Positions 30,914 to 44,627 of a stretch of 64,000 nt of DNA are shown here, in pieces. Numbering within the stretch: position 1 is the stretch's first letter; each line of letters starts with the position of its first letter. The translations under genes and the position numbers were made by a program. Origin of the DNA: Escherichia coli (GTDB lineage: Bacteria > Pseudomonadota > Gammaproteobacteria > Enterobacterales > Enterobacteriaceae); assembly GCF_046105845.1 (NCBI RefSeq), contig NZ_CP151004.1; one strand, 5' to 3'. The notes under the pieces are model-generated. The model worked only from the letters and a program-made list of their open reading frames with translations, was not told the DNA's origin and made no database searches.

Positions 30914-31966
30914 ATGACAGATATTGCGCAGTTGCTTGGCAAAGACGCCGACAACCTTTTACAGCACCGTTGTATGACTATTCCTTCTGACCAGCTTTAT
31001 CTCCCCGGACATGACTACGTAGACCGCGTGATGATTGACAATAATCGCCCGCCAGCGGTGTTACGTAATATGCAGACGTTGTACAACACCGGGCGTCTGG
31101 CTGGCACAGGATATCTTTCTATTCTGCCGGTTGACCAGGGCGTTGAGCACTCTGCCGGAGCTTCATTTGCCGCTAACCCGCTCTACTTTGACCCGAAAAA
31201 CATTGTTGAACTGGCGATCGAAGCGGGCTGTAACTGTGTGGCGTCAACTTACGGCGTGCTGGCATCGGTATCGCGGCGTTACGCGCATCGCATTCCATTC
31301 CTCGTCAAACTTAATCACAACGAGACGCTAAGTTACCCGAATACCTACGATCAAACGCTGTATGCCAGCGTGGAGCAGGCCTTCAACATGGGCGCGGTGG
31401 CGGTTGGGGCGACTATCTATTTTGGCTCGGAAGAGTCACGTCGCCAGATTGAAGAAATTTCTGCGGCCTTTGAACGCGCGCATGAGCTGGGCATGGTGAC
31501 CGTGCTGTGGGCCTATTTGCGTAACTCCGCCTTTAAGAAAGATGGCGTTGATTACCATGTTTCCGCCGACCTGACAGGTCAGGCGAATCATCTGGCGGCA
31601 ACCATAGGTGCAGATATCGTTAAACAAAAAATGGCGGAAAATAACGGCGGCTATAAAGCGATTAATTACGGTTATACCGACGATCGCGTGTACAGCAAGT
31701 TGACCAGCGAAAACCCGATTGATCTGGTGCGTTATCAGTTAGCTAACTGCTATATGGGCCGCGCAGGGTTGATAAACTCCGGCGGTGCTGCAGGCGGTGA
31801 AACTGACCTCAGCGATGCAGTGCGTACTGCGGTTATCAACAAACGCGCTGGCGGAATGGGGCTGATTCTTGGACGTAAGGCGTTCAAGAAATCGATGGCT
31901 GACGGCGTGAAACTGATTAACGCCGTGCAGGACGTTTATCTCGATAGCAAAATTACTATCGCCTGA
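30914..31966 (+). CDS. fbaB: Class I fructose-bisphosphate aldolase
   Basis: 350 aa from [19 protein letters not shown]; ORF track adds a 24-codon N-terminal extension. Confidence 0.9.
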
Positions 31967-31995
31967 TACGCCTCATACGAACAGCACTACCACGT

Positions 31996-32029
31996 ATGCC
32001 GGAAAAGGCGTTTACGTTGCATCCGGCAT
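31996..32029. repeat. REP-like palindromic unit
   Basis: atgccggaaaaggcgtttacgttgcatccggcat. Confidence 0.6.
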
Positions 32030-32139
32030 AAAAACACGCGCACTTCGTTACGGCTTCCCCCAGGAGGCCGTTTTTTTTTGCCTGTCATTCTGATTAATTT
32101 TCATATTGTCGTTTTTGTGATCATTATCTCGACATTTAA

Positions 32140-33075
<936 letters not shown>

Positions 33076-33076
33076 T

Positions 33077-34339
<1,263 letters not shown>

Positions 34340-34348
34340 GGACGGTAT

Positions 34349-34801
34349 ATGACTAACCTGTTTGTTCGTAGCGGAATTTCTTTTGTCGATCGTAGCGAAG
34401 TTTTAACCCATATCGGTAATGAGATGCTCGCGAAAGGTGTGGTTCATGATACCTGGCCACAGGCATTAATTGCCAGAGAAGCAGAATTCCCTACCGGGAT
34501 AATGCTTGAGCAGCACGCCATTGCAATACCGCATTGTGAGGCGATTCATGCTAAGTCGTCAGCCATTTATCTGTTAAGGCCTACAAATAAAGTTCATTTT
34601 CAGCAAGCGGATGATGATAACGACGTGGCGGTATCGTTGGTTATTGCGTTAATTGTGGAAAATCCGCAGCAGCAATTGAAACTTTTACGCTGTTTATTTG
34701 GCAAGTTACAACAGCCCGATATCGTCGAGACACTAATCACTCTTCCTGAAACCCAGTTAAAGGAATACTTCACAAAGTATGTTTTAGATTCAGACGAATA
34801 A
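34349..34801 (+). CDS. gatA: Galactitol PTS EIIA
   Basis: 150 aa. Confidence 0.95.
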   Translation: MTNLFVRSGISFVDRSEVLTHIGNEMLAKGVVHDTWPQALIAREAEFPTGIMLEQHAIAIPHCEAIHAKSSAIYLLRPTNKVHFQQADDDNDVAVSLVIALIVENPQQQLKLLRCLFGKLQQPDIVETLITLPETQLKEYFTKYVLDSDE

Positions 34802-34831
34802 ATCCCTCTGTAACAATAAAAAGGACTATTT

Positions 34832-35116
34832 ATGAAACGCAAGATTATTGTCGCTTGCGGAGGCGCGGTTGCGACCTCCACGATGGCGGCGGAAGAAATT
34901 AAAGAGTTGTGTCAGAGTCATAATATTCCTGTTGAATTAATCCAGTGTCGGGTTAATGAAATAGAGACCTATATGGATGGCGTGCATTTGATATGTACTA
35001 CCGCCAAAGTTGACCGTAGTTTTGGCGATATTCCGTTAGTTCACGGCATGCCTTTTGTTTCTGGTGTCGGTATCGAAGCATTACAAAATAAAATTCTGAC
35101 TATCTTACAGGGGTGA
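34832..35116 (+). CDS. gatB: Galactitol PTS EIIB
   Basis: 94 aa. Confidence 0.95.
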   Translation: MKRKIIVACGGAVATSTMAAEEIKELCQSHNIPVELIQCRVNEIETYMDGVHLICTTAKVDRSFGDIPLVHGMPFVSGVGIEALQNKILTILQG

Positions 35117-35119
35117 CCT

Positions 35120-36475
35120 ATGTTTTCAGAAGTCATGCGTTATATTCTCGACCTCGGCCCTACGGTGATGCTGCCGATTGTCATCATTATTTTTTCTAAA
35201 ATATTAGGCATGAAGGCAGGCGATTGCTTTAAAGCGGGTCTGCATATCGGGATTGGCTTTGTTGGCATTGGCCTTGTGATTGGCTTAATGCTGGATTCCA
35301 TTGGTCCGGCGGCGAAAGCGATGGCGGAAAATTTCGACCTGAAACTGCATGTGGTCGATGTCGGTTGGCCGGGCTCTTCACCAATGACCTGGGCGTCGCA
35401 AATTGCGCTGGTGGCGATTCCGATTGCGATTCTGGTTAACGTGGCGATGCTACTGACCCGTATGACGCGGGTGGTAAATGTTGATATCTGGAATATCTGG
35501 CATATGACCTTCACCGGCGCATTGCTGCATCTGGCAACCGGTTCATGGATGTTAGGGATGGCGGGTGTGGTAATTCACGCGGCGTTTGTTTATAAGCTCG
35601 GCGACTGGTTTGCCCGCGATACCCGAAATTTCTTTGAGCTGGAAGGCATTGCTATTCCGCACGGTACGTCGGCGTATCTGGGGCCAATTGCGGTGCTGGT
35701 GGATGCTATCATCGAGAAAATCCCAGGCGTTAACCGTATTAAATTTAGCGCCGACGATATTCAGCGCAAATTTGGCCCATTTGGCGAACCTGTCACCGTG
35801 GGCTTTGTGATGGGGCTGATTATCGGCATCCTCGCGGGTTACGATGTCAAAGGTGTATTGCAGCTGGCGGTAAAAACGGCGGCAGTTATGCTGCTGATGC
35901 CACGGGTGATTAAACCCATCATGGATGGTTTAACGCCTATCGCTAAGCAGGCCCGTAGTCGTTTACAGGCGAAGTTCGGCGGTCAGGAGTTCCTGATTGG
36001 CCTTGATCCGGCGTTGCTGCTGGGGCATACGGCGGTGGTATCGGCAAGCCTGATTTTTATCCCGCTCACCATTTTAATTGCTGTTTGTGTGCCGGGTAAT
36101 CAGGTGCTGCCGTTTGGCGATCTTGCAACTATCGGCTTCTTTGTGGCGATGGCAGTTGCCGTGCATCGTGGAAATCTGTTCCGCACCTTAATCTCGGGTG
36201 TCATCATTATGAGCATCACCCTGTGGATCGCGACGCAAACTATTGGTTTGCACACCCAACTGGCGGCTAATGCTGGGGCGTTAAAAGCCGGAGGTATGGT
36301 GGCTTCAATGGATCAGGGCGGTTCTCCCATTACCTGGTTACTGATTCAGCTTTTCTCCCCGCAAAATATTCCCGGTTTCATTATTATCGGCGCAATTTAT
36401 CTTACCGGTATTTTCATGACCTGGCGTAGAGCGCGTGGTTTTATTAAACAAGAGAAAGCCGTTCTCGCAGAATAA
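35120..36475 (+). CDS. gatC: Galactitol PTS EIIC permease
   Basis: 451 aa, polytopic membrane protein. Confidence 0.95.
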   Translation: MFSEVMRYILDLGPTVMLPIVIIIFSKILGMKAGDCFKAGLHIGIGFVGIGLVIGLMLDSIGPAAKAMAENFDLKLHVVDVGWPGSSPMTWASQIALVAIPIAILVNVAMLLTRMTRVVNVDIWNIWHMTFTGALLHLATGSWMLGMAGVVIHAAFVYKLGDWFARDTRNFFELEGIAIPHGTSAYLGPIAVLVDAIIEKIPGVNRIKFSADDIQRKFGPFGEPVTVGFVMGLIIGILAGYDVKGVLQLAVKTAAVMLLMPRVIKPIMDGLTPIAKQARSRLQAKFGGQEFLIGLDPALLLGHTAVVSASLIFIPLTILIAVCVPGNQVLPFGDLATIGFFVAMAVAVHRGNLFRTLISGVIIMSITLWIATQTIGLHTQLAANAGALKAGGMVASMDQGGSPITWLLIQLFSPQNIPGFIIIGAIYLTGIFMTWRRARGFIKQEKAVLAE

Positions 36476-36522
36476 TTTTTACCTGAGGGGGAGTTTATCC
36501 CCCTTAATAATCAGGAGTTTTT

Positions 36523-37563
36523 ATGAAATCAGTGGTGAATGATACTGATGGTATCGTACGCGTTGCCCAACGAGTCATTCCTGAAATTAAACATCAGGAT
36601 GAGGTGCGGGTAAAAATTGCCAGCTCGGGATTATGTGGTTCCGATTTACCCAGAATTTTTAAAAATGGTGCACATTATTATCCAATAACGTTAGGCCATG
36701 AATTTAGCGGCTATATTGATGCTGTGGGATCCGGTGTTGATGATTTACATCCTGGCGATGCGGTTGCCTGTGTGCCGTTATTACCCTGTTTTACTTGTCC
36801 AGAGTGTCTGAAAGGGTTTTATTCCCAGTGCGCAAAATATGATTTTATTGGTTCACGGCGTGATGGTGGGTTTGCCGAATATATTGTCGTTAACCGAAAA
36901 AATGTCTTTGCTCTACCTGCGGATATGCCTATTGAGGATGGGGCTTTTATTGAACCGATTACCGTTGGCCTGCATGCTTTTCATTTAGCGCAAGGTTGTG
37001 AGAATAAAAACGTTATTATTATTGGTGCCGGAACCATTGGCCTGCTGGCTATTCAGTGCGCTGTCGCGCTGGGAGCAAAGAGTGTGACGGCGATCGACAT
37101 TAGCTCAGAAAAACTGGCACTGGCAAAATCTTTCGGTGCGATGCAAACATTTAACAGCCTTGAAATGAGCGCGCCGCAAATGCAGGGCGTTTTACGCGAG
37201 CTGCGCTTTAATCAGCTTATCCTCGAGACGGCTGGCGTCCCGCAAACCGTCGAACTGGCGGTAGAGATTGCCGGGCCTCATGCCCAGCTGGCGCTGGTGG
37301 GCACGTTGCATCAGGATCTGCATTTAACATCGGCAACGTTTGGCAAAATATTACGTAAAGAGCTGACGGTTATCGGCAGCTGGATGAACTACTCCAGCCC
37401 TTGGCCGGGGCAGGAGTGGGAAACGGCGAGCCGGTTGCTGACAGAACGTAAGTTAAGCCTGGAGCCATTAATCGCTCACCGTGGAAGCTTTGAAAGCTTC
37501 GCCCAGGCGGTGCGTGACATCGCTCGTAATGCTATGCCGGGCAAAGTATTGCTCATTCCCTGA
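36523..37563 (+). CDS. gatD: Galactitol-1-phosphate 5-dehydrogenase (Zn-dependent)
   Basis: 346 aa. Confidence 0.95.
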   Translation: MKSVVNDTDGIVRVAQRVIPEIKHQDEVRVKIASSGLCGSDLPRIFKNGAHYYPITLGHEFSGYIDAVGSGVDDLHPGDAVACVPLLPCFTCPECLKGFYSQCAKYDFIGSRRDGGFAEYIVVNRKNVFALPADMPIEDGAFIEPITVGLHAFHLAQGCENKNVIIIGAGTIGLLAIQCAVALGAKSVTAIDISSEKLALAKSFGAMQTFNSLEMSAPQMQGVLRELRFNQLILETAGVPQTVELAVEIAGPHAQLALVGTLHQDLHLTSATFGKILRKELTVIGSWMNYSSPWPGQEWETASRLLTERKLSLEPLIAHRGSFESFAQAVRDIARNAMPGKVLLIP

Positions 37564-37662
37564 AACCGCGGGCCAGCGTGATGCTGGCCCGGTATTGTGC
37601 AAAACAGATCATTCACCAATGGTCCCCCTTCGTTTACACTAGCCACAATTGAATATGGGTAA

Positions 37663-38442
37663 ATGACGATGAATTCATTCGAGCGAAGGAATAAGATCAT
37701 CCAATTAGTGAATGAACAGGGAACCGTGCTTGTTCAGGATCTGGCGGGAGTATTTGCTGCCTCGGAAGCGACAATCCGTGCCGATTTGCGCTTTCTTGAA
37801 CAAAAAGGCGTGGTTACGCGCTTTCATGGCGGTGCGGCGAAAATAATGTCCGGTAATAGTGAAACCGAGACCCAGGAAGTCGGGTTTAAAGAGCGATTTC
37901 AGCTCGCCAGTGCGCCAAAAAACAGAATAGCGCAGGCGGCAGTCAAAATGATCCACGAAGGGATGACCGTTATTCTCGACAGCGGAAGTACGACAATGCT
38001 TATCGCCGAAGGTTTAATGACCGCCAAAAATATCACGGTGATTACCAACAGTCTCCCGGCGGCGTTTGCCCTTTCCGAAAATAAAGACATTACTCTGGTC
38101 GTCTGTGGTGGGACCGTCCGCCATAAAACACGCTCGATGCATGGTTCCATTGCCGAGCGTTCATTGCAGGATATTAATGCCGATTTAATGTTTGTGGGTG
38201 CTGATGGTATTGATGCGGTTAATGGTATTACGACCTTTAATGAAGGCTATTCGATTAGCGGGGCGATGGTCACAGCCGCAAATAAAGTGATTGCCGTTCT
38301 CGATTCATCGAAATTTAATCGTCGCGGTTTTAATCAGGTACTGCCAATCGAAAAAATCGACATTATTATTACCGACGATGCTGTGTCAGAGGTGGATAAA
38401 CTGGCATTGCAGAAGACACGGGTGAAATTAATTACGGTGTAG
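37663..38442 (+). CDS. gatR: DeoR-family repressor of the gat operon, uninterrupted
   Basis: 259-aa continuous ORF; no insertion sequence. Confidence 0.9.
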   Translation: MTMNSFERRNKIIQLVNEQGTVLVQDLAGVFAASEATIRADLRFLEQKGVVTRFHGGAAKIMSGNSETETQEVGFKERFQLASAPKNRIAQAAVKMIHEGMTVILDSGSTTMLIAEGLMTAKNITVITNSLPAAFALSENKDITLVVCGGTVRHKTRSMHGSIAERSLQDINADLMFVGADGIDAVNGITTFNEGYSISGAMVTAANKVIAVLDSSKFNRRGFNQVLPIEKIDIIITDDAVSEVDKLALQKTRVKLITV

Positions 38443-38452
38443 TATTGCTCTG

Positions 38453-38486
38453 TATGCCGGATAAAGTTTTTACACCGCATCCGGCA
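38453..38486. repeat. REP palindromic unit between convergent gatR and yegS
   Basis: atgccggataaagtttttacaccgcatccggcat. Confidence 0.6.
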
Positions 38487-38523
38487 TTACGGATTCTCCC
38501 TGGTTCAAGAGAGAATAGTGTGA

Positions 38524-39423
38524 TTAACGCAACAATGGGCAATCTGGTGGTAATCGACAACGCAACGCCGCCGGAAGTATTTCAATATGAAAGTTTTGTC
38601 CGCTCAACGGTTCGCCATCAAGATTAAAAGTGATTTCGTGTGGGGCTTGTATATCAAACCACGACGAAGCGCCTTCGATAATATTCGGGTTATCTTCGTC
38701 AGATTTTAATGTTGATACGAGAGCCGGAAGAATTTCATCGCCGGTAAAAATGCGCAGTTGCAGCAAGCCATCGTTAATTAACGCGTTCGGGCACAATTGC
38801 TGACCGCCACCGGCCTGACGCCCGTTACCAATACCAATGACCAGGGCGTCACCTTGCCAGTGAAAGTTTTCACCGCGGATCTCACAACGGTCCGGTTGCA
38901 GAGTATCCATGCGCATTAAGCCATGAATGATGTAAGAGACGCCACCCAGCGCGGCTTTTAATTTTTCCGGCGTTTCTGTGGTAATACGCGTCCCAAATCC
39001 GCCTGTCGCCATATTAATAAAACAGGTTTGTTTGTTGACCTGCGCCATATCTATCGCAATGGCGTCACCGGCAATTGCCAGTTTCAGCGCCTTATCCAGT
39101 GCCTCAGGAATCCCTACACTGGTGGCAAAATCATTGGCGGTTCCTAATGGTAAAATTCCCAGCGCGGGTATGTCATCCCCCTCACACTGAATCAACGCCG
39201 TAGAAACTTCATTAATGGTGCCATCGCCACCACCGGCAATCACCGTTGCGACGCCCAACTTCCGGGCCTCCTCTACATATCGTGCGGCATCGCCTTTCTC
39301 CCAGGTGACCCGCACATGGATCGTCATTCCTTCCTCACGCAACAGCATAATTGCTTCGCGCAAGGGTAGATTGTCAGTACTTTTGCCATTAAGAATCAGT
39401 AAGCTGGCGGGAAAATCTGCCAT
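38524..39423 (-). CDS. yegS: Lipid kinase (DAG-kinase-like fold)
   Basis: 299 aa; GGDGT motif. Confidence 0.9.
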   Translation of the reverse strand: MADFPASLLILNGKSTDNLPLREAIMLLREEGMTIHVRVTWEKGDAARYVEEARKLGVATVIAGGGDGTINEVSTALIQCEGDDIPALGILPLGTANDFATSVGIPEALDKALKLAIAGDAIAIDMAQVNKQTCFINMATGGFGTRITTETPEKLKAALGGVSYIIHGLMRMDTLQPDRCEIRGENFHWQGDALVIGIGNGRQAGGGQQLCPNALINDGLLQLRIFTGDEILPALVSTLKSDEDNPNIIEGASSWFDIQAPHEITFNLDGEPLSGQNFHIEILPAALRCRLPPDCPLLR

Positions 39424-39836
39424 GATCGTATGTGCCTTTATGATTGGTCTGTAGATAGTGTAGAGCAGAAAAGAAAAGGTGGAGTCAGAACAGGATGAAA
39501 GTCTGAGGATAAAAAGTCAGTTCAAGTATGGGGGATTCAGTGGTTACCACCAGGAGCTTGCAATGGGAACCGCGAATATTAACGGTAGCCACCGATAAAT
39601 TTCAAAAAAGAGCATATGCCTAATATTCAACCAAACAGTGGCATCTTAAATATACTATTCCAAATATATTAAAGCCCCATGGAGTTACTTGGAAAGGGCC
39701 TTCATGTCTGTAATTCCTACTTATGTAGGAAATGTTGTACAGAACATTTATTATAATCCTATTCAAATATAATAATCAGCCATTATTATATTTAAACACT
39801 AGAGAGTGTCGTTGGTATTTAATGGGGGAAGGTGAG

Positions 39837-40154
39837 ATGAAAAAGATAGCTGCTATATCATTAATTAGTATTTTTATTATGTCTGGTTGTGCTGTGCATA
39901 ATGATGAGACAAGTATCGGTAAATTTGGTCTTGCATATAAAAGTAATATTCAGCGTAAACTCGATAACCAATACTACACCGAAGCCGAAGCTTCTTTAGC
40001 CAGGGGCAGAATATCTGGTGCAGAAAATATAGTAAAAAATGATGCAGCCCATTTCTGTGTTACTCAGGGCAAAAAAATGCAGATAGTTGACCTGAAGACA
40101 GAAGGTGCAGGATTACATGGCGTCGCTCGTCTGACATTCAAATGTGGAGAGTGA
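39837..40154 (+). CDS. yegR: Small lipoprotein
   Basis: 105 aa from MKKIAAISLISIFIMSGC (lipobox). Confidence 0.7.
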   Translation: MKKIAAISLISIFIMSGCAVHNDETSIGKFGLAYKSNIQRKLDNQYYTEAEASLARGRISGAENIVKNDAAHFCVTQGKKMQIVDLKTEGAGLHGVARLTFKCGE

Positions 40155-40312
40155 GAATATTTTTTGGTAAGCGTCAAACATGCGCGTTCTGGTTGTGCTT
40201 AGCCGGAACCAGTGCGAGCACGATGCCGTTACGTGAAAGGCATCGTGCTATGAAGGGAGATTCTATCGATGTGGTCAATGGAAGACGGTGACCAGGGATA
40301 GGGCTTATGCAT

Positions 40313-40339
40313 AAAAAATAAGCCCGTGTAAGGGAGATT
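40313..40339. other. Bacteriophage P2 attachment core sequence (unoccupied att site)
   Basis: Exact match to the 27-nt core aaaaaataagcccgtgtaagggagatt as recalled; no flanking prophage genes. Confidence 0.6.
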
Positions 40340-40483
40340 ACACAGGCTAAGGAGGTGGTTCCTGGTACAGCTAGCATTTTATGGGTTATGTTTTTCAGCG
40401 AAACGGATGATAACCTTAATAAATGCAGCTGTATGTGATCGGTTTCTAAGAATTTTCCATCCGGGAAAAATAATCGAAATTAA

Positions 40484-41845
40484 TCACTTACCGTGGGGGT
40501 TACGCGTGGTTTCCCCGGAGAAATTACGCATCAGCAGCGCGTAATTTAGCTCAAGATCCTGCGGCACCGGGATCCACACAGTATAACCATCGCCCGGTGC
40601 GACCGGCATTGCTTCGCCTTTGGCGTTTTCCATCTGCTCAAGGGTAAAGTTAATGTTGCCATGCGGCGTCATCAGCTCAAGGCTGTCGCCAACGGAGAAT
40701 TTATTTTTCACCGCTACCGCCGCGAGGTCGCCCTTGCGCTCACCGGTAAACTCACCAACAAACTGCTGGCGGTCAGAAACTGAATAACCGTATTCGTAGT
40801 TCTGATAATCATCGTGAGTATGACGACGCAGGAAACCTTCGGTATAGCCACGATGCGCCAGACCTTCCAGAGTTTCCAGCAGGCTGGTATCGAACGGTTT
40901 GCCCGCAGCGGCGTCATCGATAGCTTTACGATAAACCTGCGCGGTGCGTGCGCAATAGTAGAAAGATTTGGTACGGCCTTCGATTTTCAGCGAATGCACG
41001 CCCATTTTGGTCAGGCGTTCAACGTGGGCGATGGCACGCAGATCTTTCGAGTTCATGATGTAAGTGCCGTGCTCATCTTCAAACGCGGTCATATACTCGC
41101 CCGGACGCTGGGCTTCTTCGATCATAAACACTTTGTCGGTCGGCGCGCCGATACCCAGCGTCGGCTCAACATTTTGCACCGGAATCGGCTCGTACTTATG
41201 TACGATGTTGCCAACATCATCTTCTTTCCCTTCCTGGACGTTGTACTCCCAGCGGCAGGCGTTGGTGCAGGTGCCCTGGTTCGGGTCGCGCTTGTTGATA
41301 TAGCCAGAGAGCAGGCAGCGACCGGAGTAGGCCATGCACAGCGCGCCGTGAACGAAGATTTCGATCTCCATATCTGGCACCTGATTGCGGATCTCTTCAA
41401 TCTCTTCCAGCGACAGCTCGCGAGAGAGGATCACGCGGGTCAGGCCCATTTGCTGCCAGAATTTCACCGTCGCCCAGTTCACGGCGTTAGCCTGTACCGA
41501 GAGATGGATTGGCATTTCAGGGAAGTGCTCACGCACCAGCATAATCAGCCCTGGATCAGACATAATCAGCGCATCCGGCCCCATTTCCACCACCGGTTTC
41601 AGGTCACGGATAAAGGTTTTCAGCTTGGCGTTGTGCGGTGCAATGTTGACCACGACATAAAACTTTTTCCCCAGCGCATGGGCTTCATTAATGCCGAGCT
41701 GAAGATTTTCGTGGTTGAATTCGTTGTTGCGCACACGCAGGGAGTAACGCGGCTGGCCCGCATAAACAGCATCTGCGCCATAAGCGAAAGCGTAACGCAT
41801 ATTTTTCAGCGTTCCCGCCGGGGAAAGGAGTTCCGGTTTAAACAT
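40484..41845 (-). CDS. yegQ: Peptidase U32-family protein (tRNA U34 hydroxylation factor)
   Basis: 453 aa. Confidence 0.9.
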   Translation of the reverse strand: MFKPELLSPAGTLKNMRYAFAYGADAVYAGQPRYSLRVRNNEFNHENLQLGINEAHALGKKFYVVVNIAPHNAKLKTFIRDLKPVVEMGPDALIMSDPGLIMLVREHFPEMPIHLSVQANAVNWATVKFWQQMGLTRVILSRELSLEEIEEIRNQVPDMEIEIFVHGALCMAYSGRCLLSGYINKRDPNQGTCTNACRWEYNVQEGKEDDVGNIVHKYEPIPVQNVEPTLGIGAPTDKVFMIEEAQRPGEYMTAFEDEHGTYIMNSKDLRAIAHVERLTKMGVHSLKIEGRTKSFYYCARTAQVYRKAIDDAAAGKPFDTSLLETLEGLAHRGYTEGFLRRHTHDDYQNYEYGYSVSDRQQFVGEFTGERKGDLAAVAVKNKFSVGDSLELMTPHGNINFTLEQMENAKGEAMPVAPGDGYTVWIPVPQDLELNYALLMRNFSGETTRNPHGK

Positions 41846-41992
41846 AATTCTCTCGTTCTGATGACAGGTCAGATCCGCTTCACCTGATGAAGCGGTTAGG
41901 GGAGTGCCCCCACTTTAAGGGCGGGCATTGTAGCGCTGTAGGGGGGAGCTGGTAAAGCGCCAGACGCCAACAACACGCGCCCGGCATCGTAA

Positions 41993-42325
41993 TTACGTAT
42001 TGTCTTTCACCGTCTGGCTTGTGCCATTGGCTTTAACGGAGGCAATTCCGGTTTCACGAGATTGCGCGGTGGCGTACATCTGGCTGGAGCCGATAATTTG
42101 ATGATTGGCGGCTTTCAGATTGAAATAGAATTTGCCGTTGCTTGCCGTTTTTTTCTCATAGCGTTCTTCTTGCGGGCTGTTGCTACGCACCGACGCGATA
42201 CCCTTTTCCGCAGAGGCTTTTGAGGTATATAGCTCGCTGGTGAGGATAGTCTCACCATTGCCCGCTTTTAGCACAAACCGGAACTGATTATCACTGCTCT
42301 TACTGAGTTCAAACCAACCAGCCAT
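41993..42325 (-). CDS. yegP: DUF1508/UPF0339 tandem-repeat small protein
   Basis: 110 aa from MAGWFELSKSSDNQFRF; internal duplication visible. Confidence 0.8.
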   Translation of the reverse strand: MAGWFELSKSSDNQFRFVLKAGNGETILTSELYTSKASAEKGIASVRSNSPQEERYEKKTASNGKFYFNLKAANHQIIGSSQMYATAQSRETGIASVKANGTSQTVKDNT

Positions 42326-42453
42326 AATGACTCCTTGATTGAAATTGCGTATCGAAAACAGCATCTAAAAGGACTGTTTACCGATTAAAGTATGAGCGAT
42401 TTTCAGGCGGTTGCCAGGGCGAAGAGATAATGTCAGATAGCCGACAATGCATG

Positions 42454-42483
42454 GGATAATGTTGCCGGATGCGGCGTGAATGC
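42454..42483. repeat. REP element
   Basis: gccggatgcggcgtgaatgccttctccggc, near the canonical REP consensus. Confidence 0.7.
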
Positions 42484-42504
42484 CTTCTCCGGCAGGTAAA
42501 AATG

Positions 42505-43227
42505 TTAAACGATGCGGCAGGCGTCGGCTTCCCAGCGGTAACCGACGCCGTAAACGGCACGGATAAAGGACTGTTCGGCGTCGAGAGATTCCAGCTTGCG
42601 ACGCAGGTTTTTAATGTGGCTGTCGATGGTGCGGTCGGTTACTACGCGGTAGTCGTCATAAAGATGATTGAGCAATTGCTCGCGGGAGAACACTTTTCCT
42701 GGTTCATGAGAGAGCGTTTTCAACAGACGAAATTCCGCAGGCGTCAGGTCAAGCATTTTTCCGCGCCAGGAAGCCTGAAAACGACCTTCGTCGATAATCA
42801 ACGGGCTTTCAGCATCCTGTTGCTGCAACTCACGCTGGGGTTTGCAACGGCGCAAAATGGTTTTGACGCGCGCTACCACTTCCCGTGGGCTGTACGGTTT
42901 GCAGATGTAGTCATCAGCGCCAATTTCCAGCCCCAGCAGGCGGTCGATCTCTTCGATTTTTGCTGTCACCATCACGATCGGAATGTCAGAAAAACGACGA
43001 ATTTCCCGGCACAGCGTCAGGCCATCGGTGCCAGGGAGCATCAGATCCAGCAGGATCAGATCCGGTGGTGTCTGGCGCACATACGGCAGTACCTGATCGC
43101 CGTGGCTGATAAGCGTCGGCGCATAGCTCGCAGCACGCAGATAATCAATGAGCAACTGCCCCAGCTTCGGTTCATCTTCCACGATCAAAATACGCGGTGT
43201 GTTTTCGTCGATTGGTAACTCGGTCAT
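42505..43227 (-). CDS. baeR: Envelope-stress response regulator (OmpR family)
   Basis: 240 aa. Confidence 0.95.
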
Positions 43228-44627
43228 ACTTCTCTCTGTAAATCCCGTTCCAGCGGTAACTCTACTGTAATGCTTACCCCGCCAAAAGGCGAATGGGTAG
43301 CAATAATGCGGCCATTATGTGCTTCAACAATGTTCAGGCAAATCGCCAGCCCCAGCCCGGAACCGCCGCTGGCACGGTTGCGGGAGCCTTCGGTGCGATA
43401 AAAACGTTCAAACAATTTTTGTAGTTGATCGTCACTGACACCCGGCGCGCTGTCGGCAAAGGTCAGGCGCACCGTTTTGTCGTGCTGCTCGGCAGAGATT
43501 TTCAGGCTGCCGCCGCTGTCAGTGTAGCGCAGGCTGTTTTCCAGTAAGTTATTGAATAACTGCATTAAACGGTCGCGATCGCCAAATACGGTAATACTGT
43601 CTGGCAGGGAAAATTGCAGTTTCAGGCCACGGCTGGCGAATCGTTCGCGAAATGCGCCGCCCGCCACTTCCAGCAGTGGGATCAAATCTACTGATGCTTT
43701 TTGATAGGCGAGAGCGCCTTCATCAGACATCGACAACTGATGAAGATCGTCAACCAGTTTGGTCAGTGTACCGACCTCCGCCTGTAAAGACGCCACCGTC
43801 TCCGGCGTGAATTTGCGCACGCCATCCTGAATGGCTTCCAGTTCACCGCGCAGCACCGCTAATGGCGTACGCAGTTCGTGAGAAATATCGGCCATAAAAT
43901 CGCGCCGCATTTGCTGGTTTTTCTCCAGCGTGCTGGCGAGCTGGTTGAAGTCCTGCGCCAGTTTGCCCAGTTCATCTTCACTGGTGGGCGTCACGCGGGT
44001 TGTGAAATCGCCCGCCGCCAGTTTGTGCGTGCCGTCCACCAGCCGTTTGACCGGGGCCAACAGACCACGCGCCAGCAGAAAGGTGGCGAGCGCCGCGAGT
44101 AACGTTGCCAGGGCGACAATCAGCCAGCTGGTTTGCCGCTGTTGTTTATCGAAATTGATATCAGTATTGCGGGTCAGTCGCTCAACAGGGGAGGCAATCA
44201 CCGCACCCACTTCCGCACCGTTGACCAGAATGGGTCGCCGTGTACCGTCAGGTGGAATCGGCGCTCGCGGACCAACCAGCACTTTGTTGTTTTGATCGAC
44301 CACCCAGAATTGAGTACGCCAGCCGTGCGGTGGCATACCCGGGCCGGGTTTATCTTCCGAATTATCGTGTTCAAATGAACGCAGGATCTGAAAGACAAAG
44401 CGATCATTGTTGCGCAGGAAGCGCCAGTTGCCATGCTGCGCATACTGCTCGCCAAGCGCATCACTTAACAGTTGTAATCGCTGTTCATTACCATGCTTGA
44501 TGTAATCAATAAAGCCACGCTCAAAACTGATACGCACCGCCCAGTGCATACTGATCAGCAAGACAATGCAGGTGGCGAAAATCGCCAGAAACAGTTTGCC
44601 AGTAATACCGGGTCGCCAGAACTTCAT
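43224..44627 (-). CDS. baeS: Envelope-stress sensor histidine kinase
   Basis: 467 aa; H-box SHELRTPL. Confidence 0.95.

Noticed and set aside
37569-37592. Hairpin after gatD (cgggccagcgtgatgctggcccg)
   Set aside because: GC stem but no following T-run; could be a REP-like structure or attenuator, but evidence is insufficient to call a terminator
40174-40377. 67-aa minus-strand ORF between yegR and yegQ
   Set aside because: No ribosome-binding site, overlaps the P2 att core; more likely non-coding residue at the phage integration site
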